The translations under genes and the position numbers were made by a program. From NCBI GenBank assembly GCA_051294905.1, contig CM119371.1, forward strand, positions 12,650,001 through 12,714,000: 64,000 bases of DNA. Reading direction: 5' to 3'. This document shows, in pieces, positions 1 through 13,729 of the stretch. Every line of letters begins with the position of its first letter. Positions within the stretch are counted from its first letter, which is position 1. Source of the DNA: Botryllus schlosseri. Lineage: Eukaryota. Below the pieces are notes generated by a model, which worked only from the letters and a program-made list of their open reading frames with translations, was not told the origin of the DNA and ran no database searches.

Positions 1-1272
1 TTGGGATAATCCTGTTTATTTTTGTTGCAATTTTATATATTAAATATTGTTGTGTCAGAACTCTTGCCTTCATATCAACCGGAATGCAATAAGTGGAATG
101 TCCTTCAACCAAATCTTCTACATTATTTATATTTATTATTATATTTATTTGTAGGGAAAAGAACCCGCTGCGGTTGTACTCCTGATGGAGTTACGAAATG
201 CAGTAACTGAAAAGAGAATCACAACAGGATTTGAGGGCGATAACGCTTTATCAGGTGAGTTGTAGGATTTGCTGCTTGCTTAACCTGGTACTGTGTGAAC
301 AATGAACATAGAAGTACCATAACGTCCTGATTTGTCAGATTTGTACTGATTTCGACTCTTGTCCTGATTTTTCGGCAAACATTGTTCGGCGTCTTCCGTA
401 ACACCTTGGACGTTTTGCATGCCACTATCTGGCACAAGTTCGAACTTAACAGACCGTCACAAAAGTACAGCTAGTTTGAAAAGTTTATGGCTTAACATGC
501 GCGCATGTTGAGTTGGTTCTAATTCGGGGGTCTGTTAATTTCCAAGTTGCGCCACAAACATGTGTTCTAATTCAGGGTCTGTTGAGCTCAGATGTGTGCC
601 GCCAAAATGTGGCACAATTGTTTTTGGGTGCTGAAAATATAGTAGGCCTATGTTTTGATTGACGCTGTTTACGTTATGACGGTGCAATAAACACTCGAAC
701 TGAAAAAGGTCTCCAAAAATAAATGTTTATTAAATGCTTTTCAATTACATCATTCTTTTTGATAAGGCTAAATCTAAGTTAGAAAGAGCTGGTGCAAATT
801 CGTTTTTGTCCCAAACCATGGAAAATCATTTCTGCTGCTAATGTAATTTTTGGTTTTCATGACTTCGAGACCATGAGGATGGCTACCATGGATATAGTGC
901 ATAGAATCAGTGAATGTGAACATAATACTTGTGCCGTTCCAAAAGGAACCTGTGTGATGGTATACTGATCAAATCTGAATGGATCATTAAAGGTTAGTAA
1001 ACTTATGATTATGTGGAAAAAAACCCATACATGTCAACGACTAGACAGCATATCGTGACGACAGAATTTGCTATGACTTGTTTCCATGAGTTAAGCTTGT
1101 TAAACCATATTGACAAAAACCTATATTGACCTATTCAGCTCTATTTTTATTCAATATTCATTATGCAAAAGTCCCATAAAGGCATTTCTACATAATCTAA
1201 ATCTTGTGCTTTCAATTCACACATGGATTATTGGCAATATAATTTTACTTAACATGTTTCTTTCAATTCCAG

Positions 1273-1554
1273 GCCCATTCAGTCGAATTAACGGCCACAA
1301 AGCTGAGTCCTCGACATCTCGTACTAGCGCACCATGAAAATGGTGACCTGCAGTCATGGATCGTGGCGAATGGCTTCCGCATAAAGGGATCGTCTCACAA
1401 TAAAGCGACACCATTTGAGATGGTGCTGGATCTTCTCTATTATGTTTGTGACCCCACATATCCAAAAGTTTTCCAGATACTCTCAATTTTACAGTATGTC
1501 CTGATTGAAGACAAAAATTTGGGTTTCAATCAAACAAGCTTCTCTGTTTTATGA
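1273..1554 (+). pseudogene. Terminal exon of a SAMD3-like / EnSpm accessory-gene remnant
   Basis: Acceptor ttccag| at 1272, then 93 open codons including ...LLYYVCDPTYPKVFQILSILQY..., resembling the 'YVFNL.YP...L.F.Q' C-terminal motif and the last exon at 62445-62705. The candidate upstream exon (~770-992, donor ag|gttagt) contains a stop. Confidence 0.5.
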
Positions 1555-1597
1555 GCAGATTTCAGAAATCCCAGTAATTATTTTGATTTCGTTTGCT

Positions 1598-3102
1598 GAC
1601 TTGGACAACTATACAATTCTAGTACTAGTCTAGTTGTCTAATTAGAGTGAAAAAAATGTGTAGCTAAAGTTCTGATGATGCTCTAATTTTGAAAAAAAAC
1701 TAGCTATAATTATAATTCTACTTTAATTCGTGAAGTGCTTCGTCTCTCTCATTCGAATCTAATTTGTGAAAACAACTGAACCTATAATTCTAATTGTAGC
1801 CTACTCTTATTTGGAAAAAACAGTGTAGCTATAGTTCTAATTCTACTCTATAATTTGAAAAAAACTGTTACTATAATTCTGATCCCACTCTAATTTCGAA
1901 AAAAAAAGCTACAAATCTATTTCTACTCTAATTTGGAAAAAGTTGTGTAGCTATAAATTCTGATGCTACGCTAATTTGTGAAATGTTTCTTTGCTCTCAA
2001 TCGAATCTAATTTAGAAAACAACTACCGTATAGCTATATTTCTAATTCTACTCTAATTTGAAATAAAAACTACCTCTAATTGGATTCTAGTCTAATTCAG
2101 AAAATATACTGCAGTAATTATTCTGATTCTACTTAAATTTTTCAAATATTACTTTGCTCTGATTCGAATCTAATTTGTGATAACAACTGTGTCGCTATAC
2201 CGTAATTATAATTCTACTCCAATTTGGGAAATGTTTTTTTGATCTAATTAGAATCTAATTTGTGATAACAACTGTGTCGCTATGATTCTAATTCTACTCC
2301 AATTTGAGAAATATTTTTGCGTTAATTAGAGTCTAATTTGTGAAAACAACTGTGTTGCTATGATTGTAATTCTACTCCTATTTTTGAAATGTTTTTTGCT
2401 CTAATTAGAATCTAATTTGTGATAACAGTTGTGTCGCTATGATTCTAACTCTCCTCCAATTTATGAAATGTTTTTTGCACTAATTAGAATCTAATTTGTG
2501 ATAACAACTGTGTCACTATGACTTTAATTATACTCCAATTTGGGAAATGTTTTTTGCACTAATTAGAATCTAATTTGTGAAAACAACTGTGTTGCTATGA
2601 TTGTAATTCTACTCCAATTTTTGAAATGTTTTTTGCTCCAATTAGAATCTAATTTGTGATGACAACTATGTCGCTATGATTCTAATTCTATCCCAATTTG
2701 TGAAATGTTTCTTTGCTTTGATTCAAATGTAATTTGTGGTTGCAACTGTGTCGCTATGATTCTAATTCCATACCAATTTGTGAAATGTTTCTTTGCTCTA
2801 ATTAGAAACTAATTTGTGTAAACAACCGTGTCGCTAGGATTGTAATTGTTTCTTTGCTCTGATTCAAATGTGATTTGTGGTTGCAACTGTGTCGCTATAA
2901 TTCTATTGCTACACCAATTTGTGAAATGCTTCTTTTCTCTAATTAGAATCTAATTTGCGAAAACAACTGTGTTGCTATAATTCTAATGCTACACCAATTA
3001 GTGCAACGTTTCTTTGCTCTAATTAGAATCTAATTTATGACAACTTTGTAGCTGTAGTTCTTATTTCTATTTGGAAAAGCTTAAATTTTTCAATTGTGCA
3101 AG
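1598..3102. repeat. 79-bp satellite array inside a MITE-like element
   Basis: Unit ctaattagaatctaatttgtgataacaactgtgtcgctatgattctaattctactccaattt... recurs at 2401, 2480, 2559, with degenerate ~40-bp subunits 5' of it. Ends gacttggacaact / aattgtgcaagct are imperfect inverted repeats and resemble the element at 14851-15490. Confidence 0.85.
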
Positions 3103-3364
3103 CTAGAAATTCACACATTTTCGTCTGCAAATGAATGTTCTGTATTCATCTTTCGTTGCAATAAAATCTTTTTTGAGCCTAAGCTGAGTAAAAATTCATG
3201 GATGGCTGGTATTAATTTCGAGCTCTGTGCAAGTCAGCATGAACACACCACCACTAAACACAGGATAGCCATGCACACATCGGCTCCAGCACGTTGTGTG
3301 GTAGTTAAAAAAAACGGATTTGGCATGTAATTTTGCGTTCCTCTGCACGCATTCGAATTTAGAG

Positions 3365-5073
3365 TGTACCATACGACGTGGAAGAGCTACCAGCACTGGC
3401 GACATGAACTTCAAAATGGATGAAACCGTAACAGAACTGAATGTCGAAGATCACTATAAATATCTAGGGATCTGTGAAAACGACAACATTAAACATGCTG
3501 CAATGAAATCAAGTCTAAAAAAGAATACATCAGCAGGCTCAAGTCAATTCTCAAAACTGAACTCAATTCCAAAAACAAAATCAATGCCATAAACAGTATT
3601 GCAGTGCCTGTCTTGAGATATAGCTTTGGTGTGGAGAAATGGCGCAAAGATGAAATTAAAAAATTGGACACAAAGACGAGAAAACTGATGACAATGCACC
3701 ACATGCATCACCCAAAATCTGATACACAAAGACTGTACATCCCCAGAAAAAAAGGTGGTCGAGAACTACAAGAAATTGAACAAACTTTCAAAACAGAAAT
3801 CATCGGCTTGTCACAGTACATCAACAACAGCGATAACAGTTACTGCAAACTCATTGCACAGGAAGACAAACAGCGCAAAACAAAATCTCTGAGCTATCGT
3901 CACGACAAGTACGTCAGAGAAGTCAACATGGAAACAGCTAACCTGTACACTGCAGAAAACACTGTTGCTAAACCCACAACAATAGCAAAAGCAGCACGAG
4001 TCCAATACAAAAATGCAACGCTCAAAATGAGAGAAACGATATGGGAGTCGATGCCTCTTCAATCTTCATGGACAGCAGAAGAAGTTAACTTCACAGCCCC
4101 ATGTAGAAGAGCTTTCACGGAGCTCTCCGGCAAGCGAAGGGTTCATTTTCGCAGCACAAGACCAATCGCTTCCTATAAAATACTATCGCAAAAGAATTCT
4201 GAAGCAAAACACGGACGGCAAATGCAGAATGTGCCACAACCAAAATGAAACTGTAGCACATCTCATGGCCGGCTGTGGTGCACTTGCAGCTACCGAATAC
4301 ACATGGAGACACAATAGGATTGGTCACTACATTCATCTTGAATTATGCAAACATTTTAACATCACCACTTCGACAAAAAATTGGTACGATTACAGCCCAG
4401 CACCAGTGACAGAAAACGACGAAGTAAAAATTCTGTGGATGTACCAGTTATAACTGACCGCGAAATCAGAAGCAACCGCCCGGATATAATCGTCAAACTA
4501 AAAAAGAAAAAGAGAATGCTTATTCATTGAACTGGCTGTCCCAGCTGATTACAACCTGCTGCACAAAGAATCAGAAAAACACTCCAAATACGCAGAACTC
4601 AAAATGGAATGTGAGAAAATGTGGCGATGCAAAATAAACATTGTACCGATAGTCATTGGCGCTACACGGGTCGTGAGCAAAAAACTCATGAGACATATCC
4701 GACAAATTCCGGGTAATGTCCGATTCGACATGATCCAAAAGATCACATTATTGGGCACTGCGCACATTCTTCGGAAGGCCTTGAATGCACCACTGGACTA
4801 AAATTACACTTGTGAATCACAACATAATTTCTGTAATTTCGATTCATCATCTTCAATCATCTCTACCTTTTGCTCTGTAACCCTTGCCAATTCTTCATCT
4901 GCTGCAATTCTGTAATCTGACTTCACCGCGTATTGTATACGAATACCAATTTGCATATATTACTGAAATTTTAAAAATTTACTCCAATCTCGCCATTTTC
5001 CTTTGGGGGCAGGTTGCTCCCCGGATTATGTGTGTATCTACCAGTTTTACTGTGAATAAATAATATAATAATA
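3365..5073 (+). mobile_element. 5'-truncated, frameshifted non-LTR retrotransposon with restriction-like endonuclease (R4/Dong-like)
   Basis: RT C-terminus YKYLGI; CCHC knuckle CRMC..ETVAHLMAGC; RHN; RPDII; K..KY..L; VPIVIGA, spread over several frames. 3' UTR ends in (TAA)-rich tail. Possible TSD aatttagag (3356-3364) / aatctagag (5074-5082). Confidence 0.9.
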
Positions 5074-5167
5074 AATCTAGAGATATAATAAATAAATGTC
5101 ACGTGCGCGTCGAAAATATCAAAAGTGTCTATTACAAAAACTAAAACAACTAATTGGGACTACGAGG

Positions 5168-6121
5168 CAGTGTTGGGATCAAGTCACTACCTTTGAGTCA
5201 CGAGTCATTTCGAGTCATTGCGCATTTTGACTCGAGTCAAGTCAAGTCAATCGATTTTCAAAGGTGACTCGAGTCAAGTCAAGTCGCTCGATTTTTGGAG
5301 GTGACTCAAGTCAAGTCGAGTCAAGTCAAGTCAAGTCACGAGTCAAGTCCCAATTCAAGTCAAGTTGTCTTTTCGAAGTATGAGGCATGATTACGTCATT
5401 GCATTTTGCTAGCTGTCTGAAATACAGATTGAGCGGTCATTGATTTTGAACCGATAGACGAATATAGAGTTGAAGGCATTGTATCGCTCACATATACGTA
5501 GAACTATTGCACTATACGCAAGTCATTGCACAGCATCAGTTTAGTTACCAGCCAAAATAGACAATAGAGAAACGAATCGATAAGAGGCAATACATTACCC
5601 ATTTACAAATTGATATGATACAATTCGAGCCTGCGCCAGTGGTTGAGGCCTATTATATACTATATTCGAATTCAATTTCAATAAAACAAGAGGTTTGGTT
5701 AAGGTAAGAACAGAGAACAGAAATAGACATTTTGCTATCAAATTGCTTTACTGTATACTAGTTTACGACAACGTGAGCTGTAAGCTCCGATCATTTCGTT
5801 TGTGGTCAATTTATTTGTGAGCGAGCAATGGAGGCTCAATAAAACGCACGATCATTGAATGATTGGTCGCTCTCACGGATTACACCAGCGTTTCGTGAAC
5901 AATCCGAACATATGCAATATACAATGATTTTTATCGACACCGATTACTTAATGACTTGAAATTGACTTGTGAATTTTGCTCCGAGTCACGAGTCAATCCA
6001 CATTTCTGATACGCCGAGTCAAGTCATTTTAGCAAAATGACTCGAGTCAAGTCAAGTCATTCGAAAAAGGTGACTCGAGTCTGACTCGAGTCAAGTCATG
6101 ACTCGAGTCATCCCAACACTG
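5168..6121. mobile_element. Non-autonomous hAT element with GAGTC/AAGTC subterminal repeats
   Basis: TIR CAGTGTTGGGAT / ATCCCAACACTG; perfect 8-bp TSD CTACGAGG. Confidence 0.95.
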
Positions 6122-6499
6122 CTACGAGGTGATGTAAAATTGATGTTAAAATTGACAGCCTGAACTCTTGCTTACACTAGATCCTATGTGCCATGGATTG
6201 GTGTCTACATGATGGAGCGATGGCTTGCATGTCATGCGTGGGACCATTTGGTACACAAGTGAAAATGTCCGGTCTGGTGGATTCTGAAGCCTCTCCAACT
6301 ACCGGATGTGCACAGAAATCCAGATTGGAGAATGTATATGGCACCATTCAGTGCATAACCATTTGACCGACATGGATCAAAAATTAAGAGCGGCCGGATC
6401 CCTAAACTTTGGTGGCTTATAACTATATGACTGAAGAAATGTCAACAACGCCGCCCGGCCAGATATTGCCATCTGGTATATCGTTGATGCTGTGAAGAT

Positions 6500-7600
6500 C
6501 TGTCCCTTATGGTCAGTAATGAGCGATTAAAATTACACAAAACAAGCATACTGTTGTATTTCACGAAGCCCCAGTCAATAAACTCTGTATCTCCCAGCAC
6601 TAGATTGACAAAAACGTTCCATTCGAGCCTGAACCGGAAATGTGATGTGATCGAGCTACCAACATTTATCAGTAATGAACGAACTGAAGCATGCTAAGCA
6701 CTTGCCGTTTCCGGATGAAAGCTGCATCCATTCTCGGATTTCCCGAGATATTGCGTTCCGAAGCGGTCGAGTGACACTTGAAGAGCCGTTATAAATCGTT
6801 TTACTGATAATTCTTTATATGATACTACGAACGTGCCTAATTTTAGTATTTTTTAAATTTCCTGTCCACTACACAACCACACAATTTTACCTACCCAAAT
6901 AATTAATAGCGCAAAAGGATTGAAATAACGGAATTACTTATTCGGGGACGTCATTGTTGTTATGTGTGCTTAAGGAGCTTTAATTCAAGAATGTCTTTTG
7001 TAACTGCCGGTAAGGATAGCTATTGGAAGAGTAAATAACCAATGGATGGACTTACATTAGTTTGAAAATGTTGTATGCTCGATGGGAATTGTCCTACTAA
7101 CATCGTCGAAGTTAGTTACTAGTTTATTGTCACTTTCTATCCTGACTGCGGTCGCAATCTAGGCGTACAATTCTCATATTATATTGGGTTACCATTTTTG
7201 AGAATCTGAAAAGAGGACACTTTTTCGAAACTTTCAGACATGCAATACTGGAGTTAAATCCGTGAATTTTTCCCGAGTTTGTGGTTGTTTGACGTGAAAA
7301 AAGCTTCCGGAATACCGCCATTTATCAAATTATCCGTTGGTTGACTATGAAAAAGGTCATCTTTCAGGCTCAAGTCCCGAAAAACCTGCCGGACTGTTAC
7401 TTGAGGGCTGATTTCCTGTATCTCAGTCCAATCACCAAGTACATTTACCCAAATTTTTTTAGAAAGGAAAAAATCTCAAAAAATGGACAATTAGGCGTTT
7501 CCGAGGACACTTTGAAAAAGGTCAAAAAAAGAGGACAATTCCTAAGAGGACTTATGGTAACCCTAATATTATCGGTTCATAGTTGCAATTACAGAACGCG
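6500..7600 (+). pseudogene. Decayed third copy of the secreted-protein gene (promoter + signal exon)
   Basis: Aligns by eye with 8300-8990. Keeps cggatttccc (6735), TATAAAT (6790) and donor CG|gtaagg (7010). Start codon is ATT and the exon has an in-frame TAA. Confidence 0.7.
7184..7565. mobile_element. hAT MITE (GAGGAC-repeat family)
   Basis: TIR (T)GGGTTACCAT / ATGGTAACCCTA; TSD ATATTATA/ATATTATC; same family as 13730-14132 in opposite orientation. Confidence 0.85.
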
Positions 7601-8510
7601 ACTACAATATTCAACGATGAGGTATACACTATGCAGGATGGAGTCGAGATTCGTTGGATTCCATTGACCCCGAAGAACGAACCTATAGACCAGTGCTCGA
7701 GTGTTACTAAAACCTTTTAGACTGTGACCCAAATCGTAGTTTTAGTGGCATCTCGCGACCAAAACCTCACACATTAAAAAATAAATGCATTTTTAAAAGT
7801 AGTATGTTATACGATATTAGGGACAGGTATGACCTAGGGAGCACGTAGACAACAATTGTACACAACGCAGCTCTACTTTACCTGTCTGATGGACGTGATT
7901 TCAAATTTCATTATTTTCTTCTGTGCCTCACATTTGTACTACTATCTACTCAGATTGCAAGGATGGCGACTGCTTTGTGACGACAAAATCGGCGACCACA
8001 CATTTCGACGTCGAAGGTTTAAGTTAACCAGCGTCGTACATTTATAGCCAGGGTTTCATCGGCGCCTATTTGCTTACCACGGTTTAGCCAGCCGTATGTT
8101 GGTGAAAACTTTGAAGTATCTTGTCATGAATTCAACACAATTTGGTATTACAAAGGTCGGCACATTTCCGTATGTGTCGTTTATTGGGTATAGTAACCAA
8201 CACGATGATCTCGGATGCATACTATCCACAGGAAATTGCCCGAAACGCGGATAATTTTTCTGTTGAATTAAACTCAACAAATATTACATACACATAAAAG
8301 ATCGCTCTGGTGCCATCGCGACCAAAAATTACACCCTTCGCGACCCCTACCTGAAGAACACTCTCCATTAACCCTGCTCTAGATCGAGACACCGTTCAAT
8401 GTTAGCTGGGACCTGAAACCAGACATGATCCAGCAACGAAAAATGCGTATTGATCTTCGAACTGGAGTATGTTAGGCGTTACCCTTCCTCGTATGATTTG
8501 TGTTTATACC

Positions 8511-8572
8511 CGGACTTTCCGATGCAAGGCGTACAAACGAGGTTGAGTAATGGTTGGATAGCCACTATAAAT
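8511..8572 (+). promoter_or_regulatory. Candidate promoter: kB-like site + TATA box
   Basis: CGGACTTTCC (9/10 to GGGACTTTCC) at 8511 and TATAAAT at 8566. The same pair with 55-bp spacing occurs at 6735/6790 and 42218/42273. A donor gtgagt follows at 8625. Confidence 0.55.
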
Positions 8573-8721
8573 TGGGTTGCTGACGCCGCTAAAAACTATA
8601 TCACGAAAGCATCTACTGGTGGACGTGAGTATTTTTGGTAATGTGCTGTCAATAAACGATATAATACTATCGTTTTCGTCCACAGCGATAAGCAAACGCG
8701 CAAAAAGACTGTAATAGCGAC

Positions 8722-11700
8722 ATGAATTATTCGAGGATGTCCATGTTGTTATGTGTGCTTGCAGGACTAGCAATCGAGGATGGCTACTGTAACTGCATGT
8801 AAGTACGATTATTGCCAGGATATTAAACTAATTATTACACTTACATAGGTCTCGAAATGTCTTATGCTCGGGGAAAATGGTTCTGCTTACATGATCAGAA
8901 AAAGGATCTATTTTGCTGTGCCTTATCATACTGGCTGCGGTCGCAGTCTGTGTGGTCGTTGCTCATATAACCAGCTCATATATACCGCATATTTTGAATA
9001 CTTGTATAATATGAATAAAATCACGCCAATTGCAGCATATCGATTTTGTAGAGCTGTTGTGATCTCGGAAACTTACCATCAGGGTTGTCACCAAGTCACA
9101 AGGCTCCAAGTTACAAGTCAATCTCACTTTTATAGTTCTGACTCGAGTAAAGTCTAGTCATTTGCAATTCACAACCCAGTCAAGTCCGAGTCCAAGTCAC
9201 GGAGTAGAGTATCAAGTCCGAGTCATAGTGTTTTGATTCGAGTCCGAGCCCAAGTTATCCTTTTGACTATATAGTTCCGAGGTAATGTCATGTGAAATCC
9301 ACTTTTTACAGCTCTGCTCGGTGATATCGATAGCTTCGTATTCATAAAATACTGATTTCCTCATTCTTAACAGTTTCCGGCAGCATTTTCAAGTACCCGT
9401 AGTGAAAGACGAAGGAATAATGGTATAATAACTTTACTATTATTCTTCGAAATTACATTGGAATGCCTCTCTGGGTAGACCCAGTCTTGACTTATATGAC
9501 TTGGTCCGAGTCATGCGCAATGACTCCAGTCAAGTCGAATTACTTTTCATTTTGAAAAATATGACTAGAGTCAAGTCGAGTCACGAAAATATCACGACTC
9601 GAGTCATTACATCCCCCCTTACCATATACAGGTACTGTCTATTCTATATATTGTGGTCTAATGCCGGCCTCTTCAATCTTTTTAATCGTCCTACACCCTT
9701 TTAGCGGTTACTCAAAACTCGTACACCCCTGAACACATAATACACTATTCCGTAGTAAGCCTTATCCGCCGGTGTTCGTCCTTTTCGCTATTCACAGCTG
9801 CATTACGATAGCATATATCGCATACGGCTGTATTCCAGCGTAGAGTCGTCATGGCACATCTGGACGCAAATACTTATGTAAAATTAGGTACTGGATACTG
9901 CGCACTTCGGAGAGACCTTGTGGTGTTCTGTGTCATCATTGTTTTCTTGAGATATAACATGCGTATAAGACAGAACAGCCACTAAGGCTTACCATATATT
10001 AGTGCAGAGCAGGTCGACAAATTGTCTGGTCTGACTACGATCCGGTTTGCCAATTCTCTGGTCCGGCTCCGGCCGTATCAGGAAAATGTACTGATCCGGC
10101 TCTGGCCGAATATGTAAAATTCCTGCCAGAAATCCGACCCAACACGGTACGTTGCGTTTGGTAGGTTGGTAGTTATTGAGTTACAAACGTCATGCTTATC
10201 CATAAATATTCTGGCCTTTTCAAAAAAGTACTGATCCGGCTCCGATCCGGCTTCGGCCGTATCAGAAAAAGTACTGATCCGGCCGGATATCCAATCCGGC
10301 ACCGGTCCATGCCCCGCACTTTACGATATATGCACTAGAATCGCGAGTATTATTGTATTGAAAAGTTAGCTGGAATCATTACATAGTCGCGCAGAGCGCG
10401 AAAATTTTTGCAACCGCTTAATGAATTTCGTCGTTAATATTGGTAGTTTCACATATCTTACTGCCAATTATTCACCCATCCTCAGTCCACGTGACCAAAG
10501 TAACCGATAGAGCCGATGGAGGGGATGTCTTGGAAAATTTTGGTCACAAAATTAGGGATAATGCATCTTCCGCTTTTGTTAATCACTTTGTTGCATGTTG
10601 TTATTTTTTGACCTCTCATCAGGATCGACGGTATAGCCAAAAGATATTGGAATCCTTCAAACGCACCATAAACACCGTCATACTTGAAACGCACATGATT
10701 CCAACTTGGTATTTCTTTGCAGAGCGCATCATTCACCTGGTTCGCATTTGCACGGTGGGGCTTAGATTGCTCGGACACAATTATATTTTAGGAACGAAAA
10801 ACTCAACCAATGCAAATTACATATTGACGGTCGCCTACACATTCTAATATAAATATGTATAGACGGCCGTATAATCATATCTACGGTTTTGCGGCTGCAT
10901 GCAGCCGTGCGTCCGCGGGTTGTCCACCCCTGCTAGGCCTAATCGAAATAGGAATGAGCAAGATTGCAACATAAAGGAAATTCTAAATGCTAATCAGCGC
11001 TCGAGGTTCCCCGACCAACATTCAACAGACACTCCCGAGACCCCCTGACTACACCTCTGCAATCATGTATACTGGGCTATTTATAATCATCTGAAAGGAA
11101 GTACCAATTCAAAATGTCGCGGCGGTTTTACACGATAATCATTATGGAAAGCTATTGCAAGCTTAACACATGTTAAATCCATTCTGTTCTGCCCAAAATG
11201 AATCAATAATTCCATTACCAACGGTTAAATGCTGAGAAACATTTGCTGGTGACGTATCAAAAGGAATGTCATTCATTAGCTGCGTACAGTTGATATGAAT
11301 ATTGTTCGAGATTGCACATCCGGATAAATTCTTCTGAAGCATAAACTTACCTTTTTATTGTGACAATCAGTTATAGGTCAGTTATAGGTCCAACCCTGGA
11401 CACCCCATCCGAGTGATTCACCTTTTAAACATTATGGTACAGGACATACCCTGTGGAAAAGCCCTGGTCTAGGGATAAAAGATGGTGTTTTAAATCGTGA
11501 AATAATTCAATATTTCTCCGCAATCAAAGCCCTTTCTGTTGGCGGAAGAATTCATTGGGAAGTTACTTACAACAAAAAATTTTAGTAATAAAACATACAT
11601 GCATGTGAACTCCGTGGGTAATTCGAAAAGTGTTATTCTTCGTTTAAACGTATTCAAATATATGTTCAGATATCTTACCTTCGTTTTGGCGCAGTATTAC

Positions 11701-13480
11701 ATATAGTTGTATGCATTTTCATATGAAAACATTTGATAGTTCAAGAATATAACCTATCCATATATATTTTAGTGATCCAAGAAAATGCGGCTATGGTAAG
11801 TATACTGTGTTATTGCTAAAACGTATGCCTCACCAGTCTTATTCCAGTCATCCGGATAATTGCAATGTTAAGTATAGTCGAATCCGTGTAATACAGACAC
11901 TGGATTACCCGGACAGCCCCTTTATTAGGTGAAAATGACCGAGAACGAAACAAAAGCGCGTAAATAATTCTCAATAATTAGGACAATTCTCTGCTTAATT
12001 CGGACACAGACTCGCATTTCAATTCGATAGCTTATGACAAAATAAACAGATCTTTCTTCGTGTTATCACGATGCGAGTTATTATGGCAAAACAATGATGT
12101 TCCATACAGTAACAATAGGTGGTGAAGCACAAAAAGATCGTGTCAGCTAGAAAGTCAATTTTATTTCGGTATAATTACGCCCATCTTGTATAGCAGAATT
12201 ACCCAGAAAATGCTGTTTCAGCCATTGACGCGCTGTAAAATTTTAACCCGATATGTGTGTGTTGCACAGCAATAGAGTAAACAGTATTTCCTGAATCCTT
12301 TGGTTCGAAATGGTGTACAATGCAACTAACCCGTGTGTAACTATAATAAAGTTATATTCATACCAGTAGACGTTAAACAGGGTGTGGAAGCTAGCAAGGT
12401 CTTACGTTTATATATACCGTATGCTATCGGCTCAACAACTTATTTTAATACACTGTTACTTGCATCACAATCTCGCGAACAAGTTGAAAATACTTGAAGA
12501 GCTTCTTGGAGGTACAGATCATCAGTATACAATGTAATAGTAGCCCTATATTATTATTGGAATGATCCCGAATAATTTCGGCTAACACGCAGCAGCAGTA
12601 ATCTAGTATAGCAGCATCTAGTAGAGAATTGAAAAGAACATAGTATAACAAAAATCGTATCACAAATTATATGACGTCACCGGAATGAAATTTCGAATAA
12701 TCAGGGCGAAATGAGCGCTTTAAGCTCAATGCATTATTTTGCCATTCTTTCCAACTAGTTTTTGACGATTACCCCTGACGGGTGTCATCCGAAAATATTC
12801 GGGTGCATTTCAATATGAATACACTGTTCAATTGCAAGCTGAAGATATGCAATGCTACAGGATCGAAACGTCTATCTCGATACCGAGTGCTTAATTTATG
12901 ACGACAATCCGACTACACCTTGACATACATTATAGATAACTAATCTCCGTATGTTAGTTATCTATACTTACATTTAGGCAGTGAACAATTCTTGATTAGC
13001 GTCCTGTTATCAATCTTTGCACAACTTGGCCTAATATATTACCAATTATTGACATATTTGTACTGTATACTTTCCTTATAATTACATTTTCACACAAATC
13101 TTTGATGGCGGGAATTTAGGACTGTTATTTTAGGTTCGCCGCAACAAGTATCTGTACTATATAGGGGTGAACGTGAGCAATTGGACTTGAGAGCCAACAT
13201 AAATCAGTATCCTGCTTTAAACTTTAAAGTGAGCTTTGAATATTTAGGAAATATCAGAATACCGCCAAAAGTCACTGAGAAACCGAGTACATACCAGAAA
13301 ATTCAGAAAGGCAGGATTCGCATCGAATCCCAACCGTCTCTCAAAATCAATGGTCGGCCGGCTCCATACTGGGGGATACTGAATGCCGCGAAAAGACTGA
13401 AGCACGAGCAATATAAGGCAATGATGCACGAGCAATATGAGGCAATGATGCGTCAATGGATTGAAAACGATGGGAATTAA
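8722..13480 (+). CDS. Predicted 148-aa secreted protein of unknown family, join(8722..8798,11773..11795,13134..13480)
   Basis: All junctions are GT-AG and phase-compatible (2,1). Product MNYSRMSMLLCVLAGLAIEDGYCNCIDPRKCGYGSPQQVSVLYRGEREQLDLRAN...QWIENDGN*. Hydrophobic N-terminus; 5' intron 8625-8685; AATAAA at 13631; splice sites conserved in the 42-46 kb paralogue. Confidence 0.75.
9080..9617. mobile_element. hAT MITE with GAGTC repeats
   Basis: TSD CTTACCAT on both sides; empty site in the paralogous segment at ~42781; related copies at 28338-28927 and ~36798-36980. Confidence 0.85.
10000..10321. mobile_element. MITE with GATCCGGC internal repeats
   Basis: Imperfect TIR tagtgcagagcagg / ccatgccccgcactt; absent at the paralogous position ~43200. 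Confidence 0.6.
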
Positions 13481-13729
13481 TTGTGCTCGTTGATGAATAT
13501 ATTTTCCGTATACGTGAGGCCTTTTAATGGACAAATTGCAAGTTGTACATTGTGCCAGGTATAGACCGCCATTACGCCTACTCCAGAGATTTTCTGCAGT
13601 ACTGACGCAAAATTGTTCCCAATCAATGGCAATAAATGTTCTGTTTTATGGTCTTCATAGTGAGGTATTACAAATATTTATTGCGTATGTCATGCGACTT
13701 TTAATATTATATAGTGATTGCAGTTAGAG

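Noticed and set aside
8450..9079. Apparent long degenerate Cys-rich ORF (CPCCYVCL) shared by three copies, first suspected to be viral
   Set aside because: Stops occur in all copies; conservation is better explained by promoter, non-coding exon, signal exon in another frame, and intron.
10440..10847. ORFs resembling those at 43313-43672
   Set aside because: Internal sequence of a dispersed MITE family also seen at ~32700, ~36500 and ~60600; no protein motifs.
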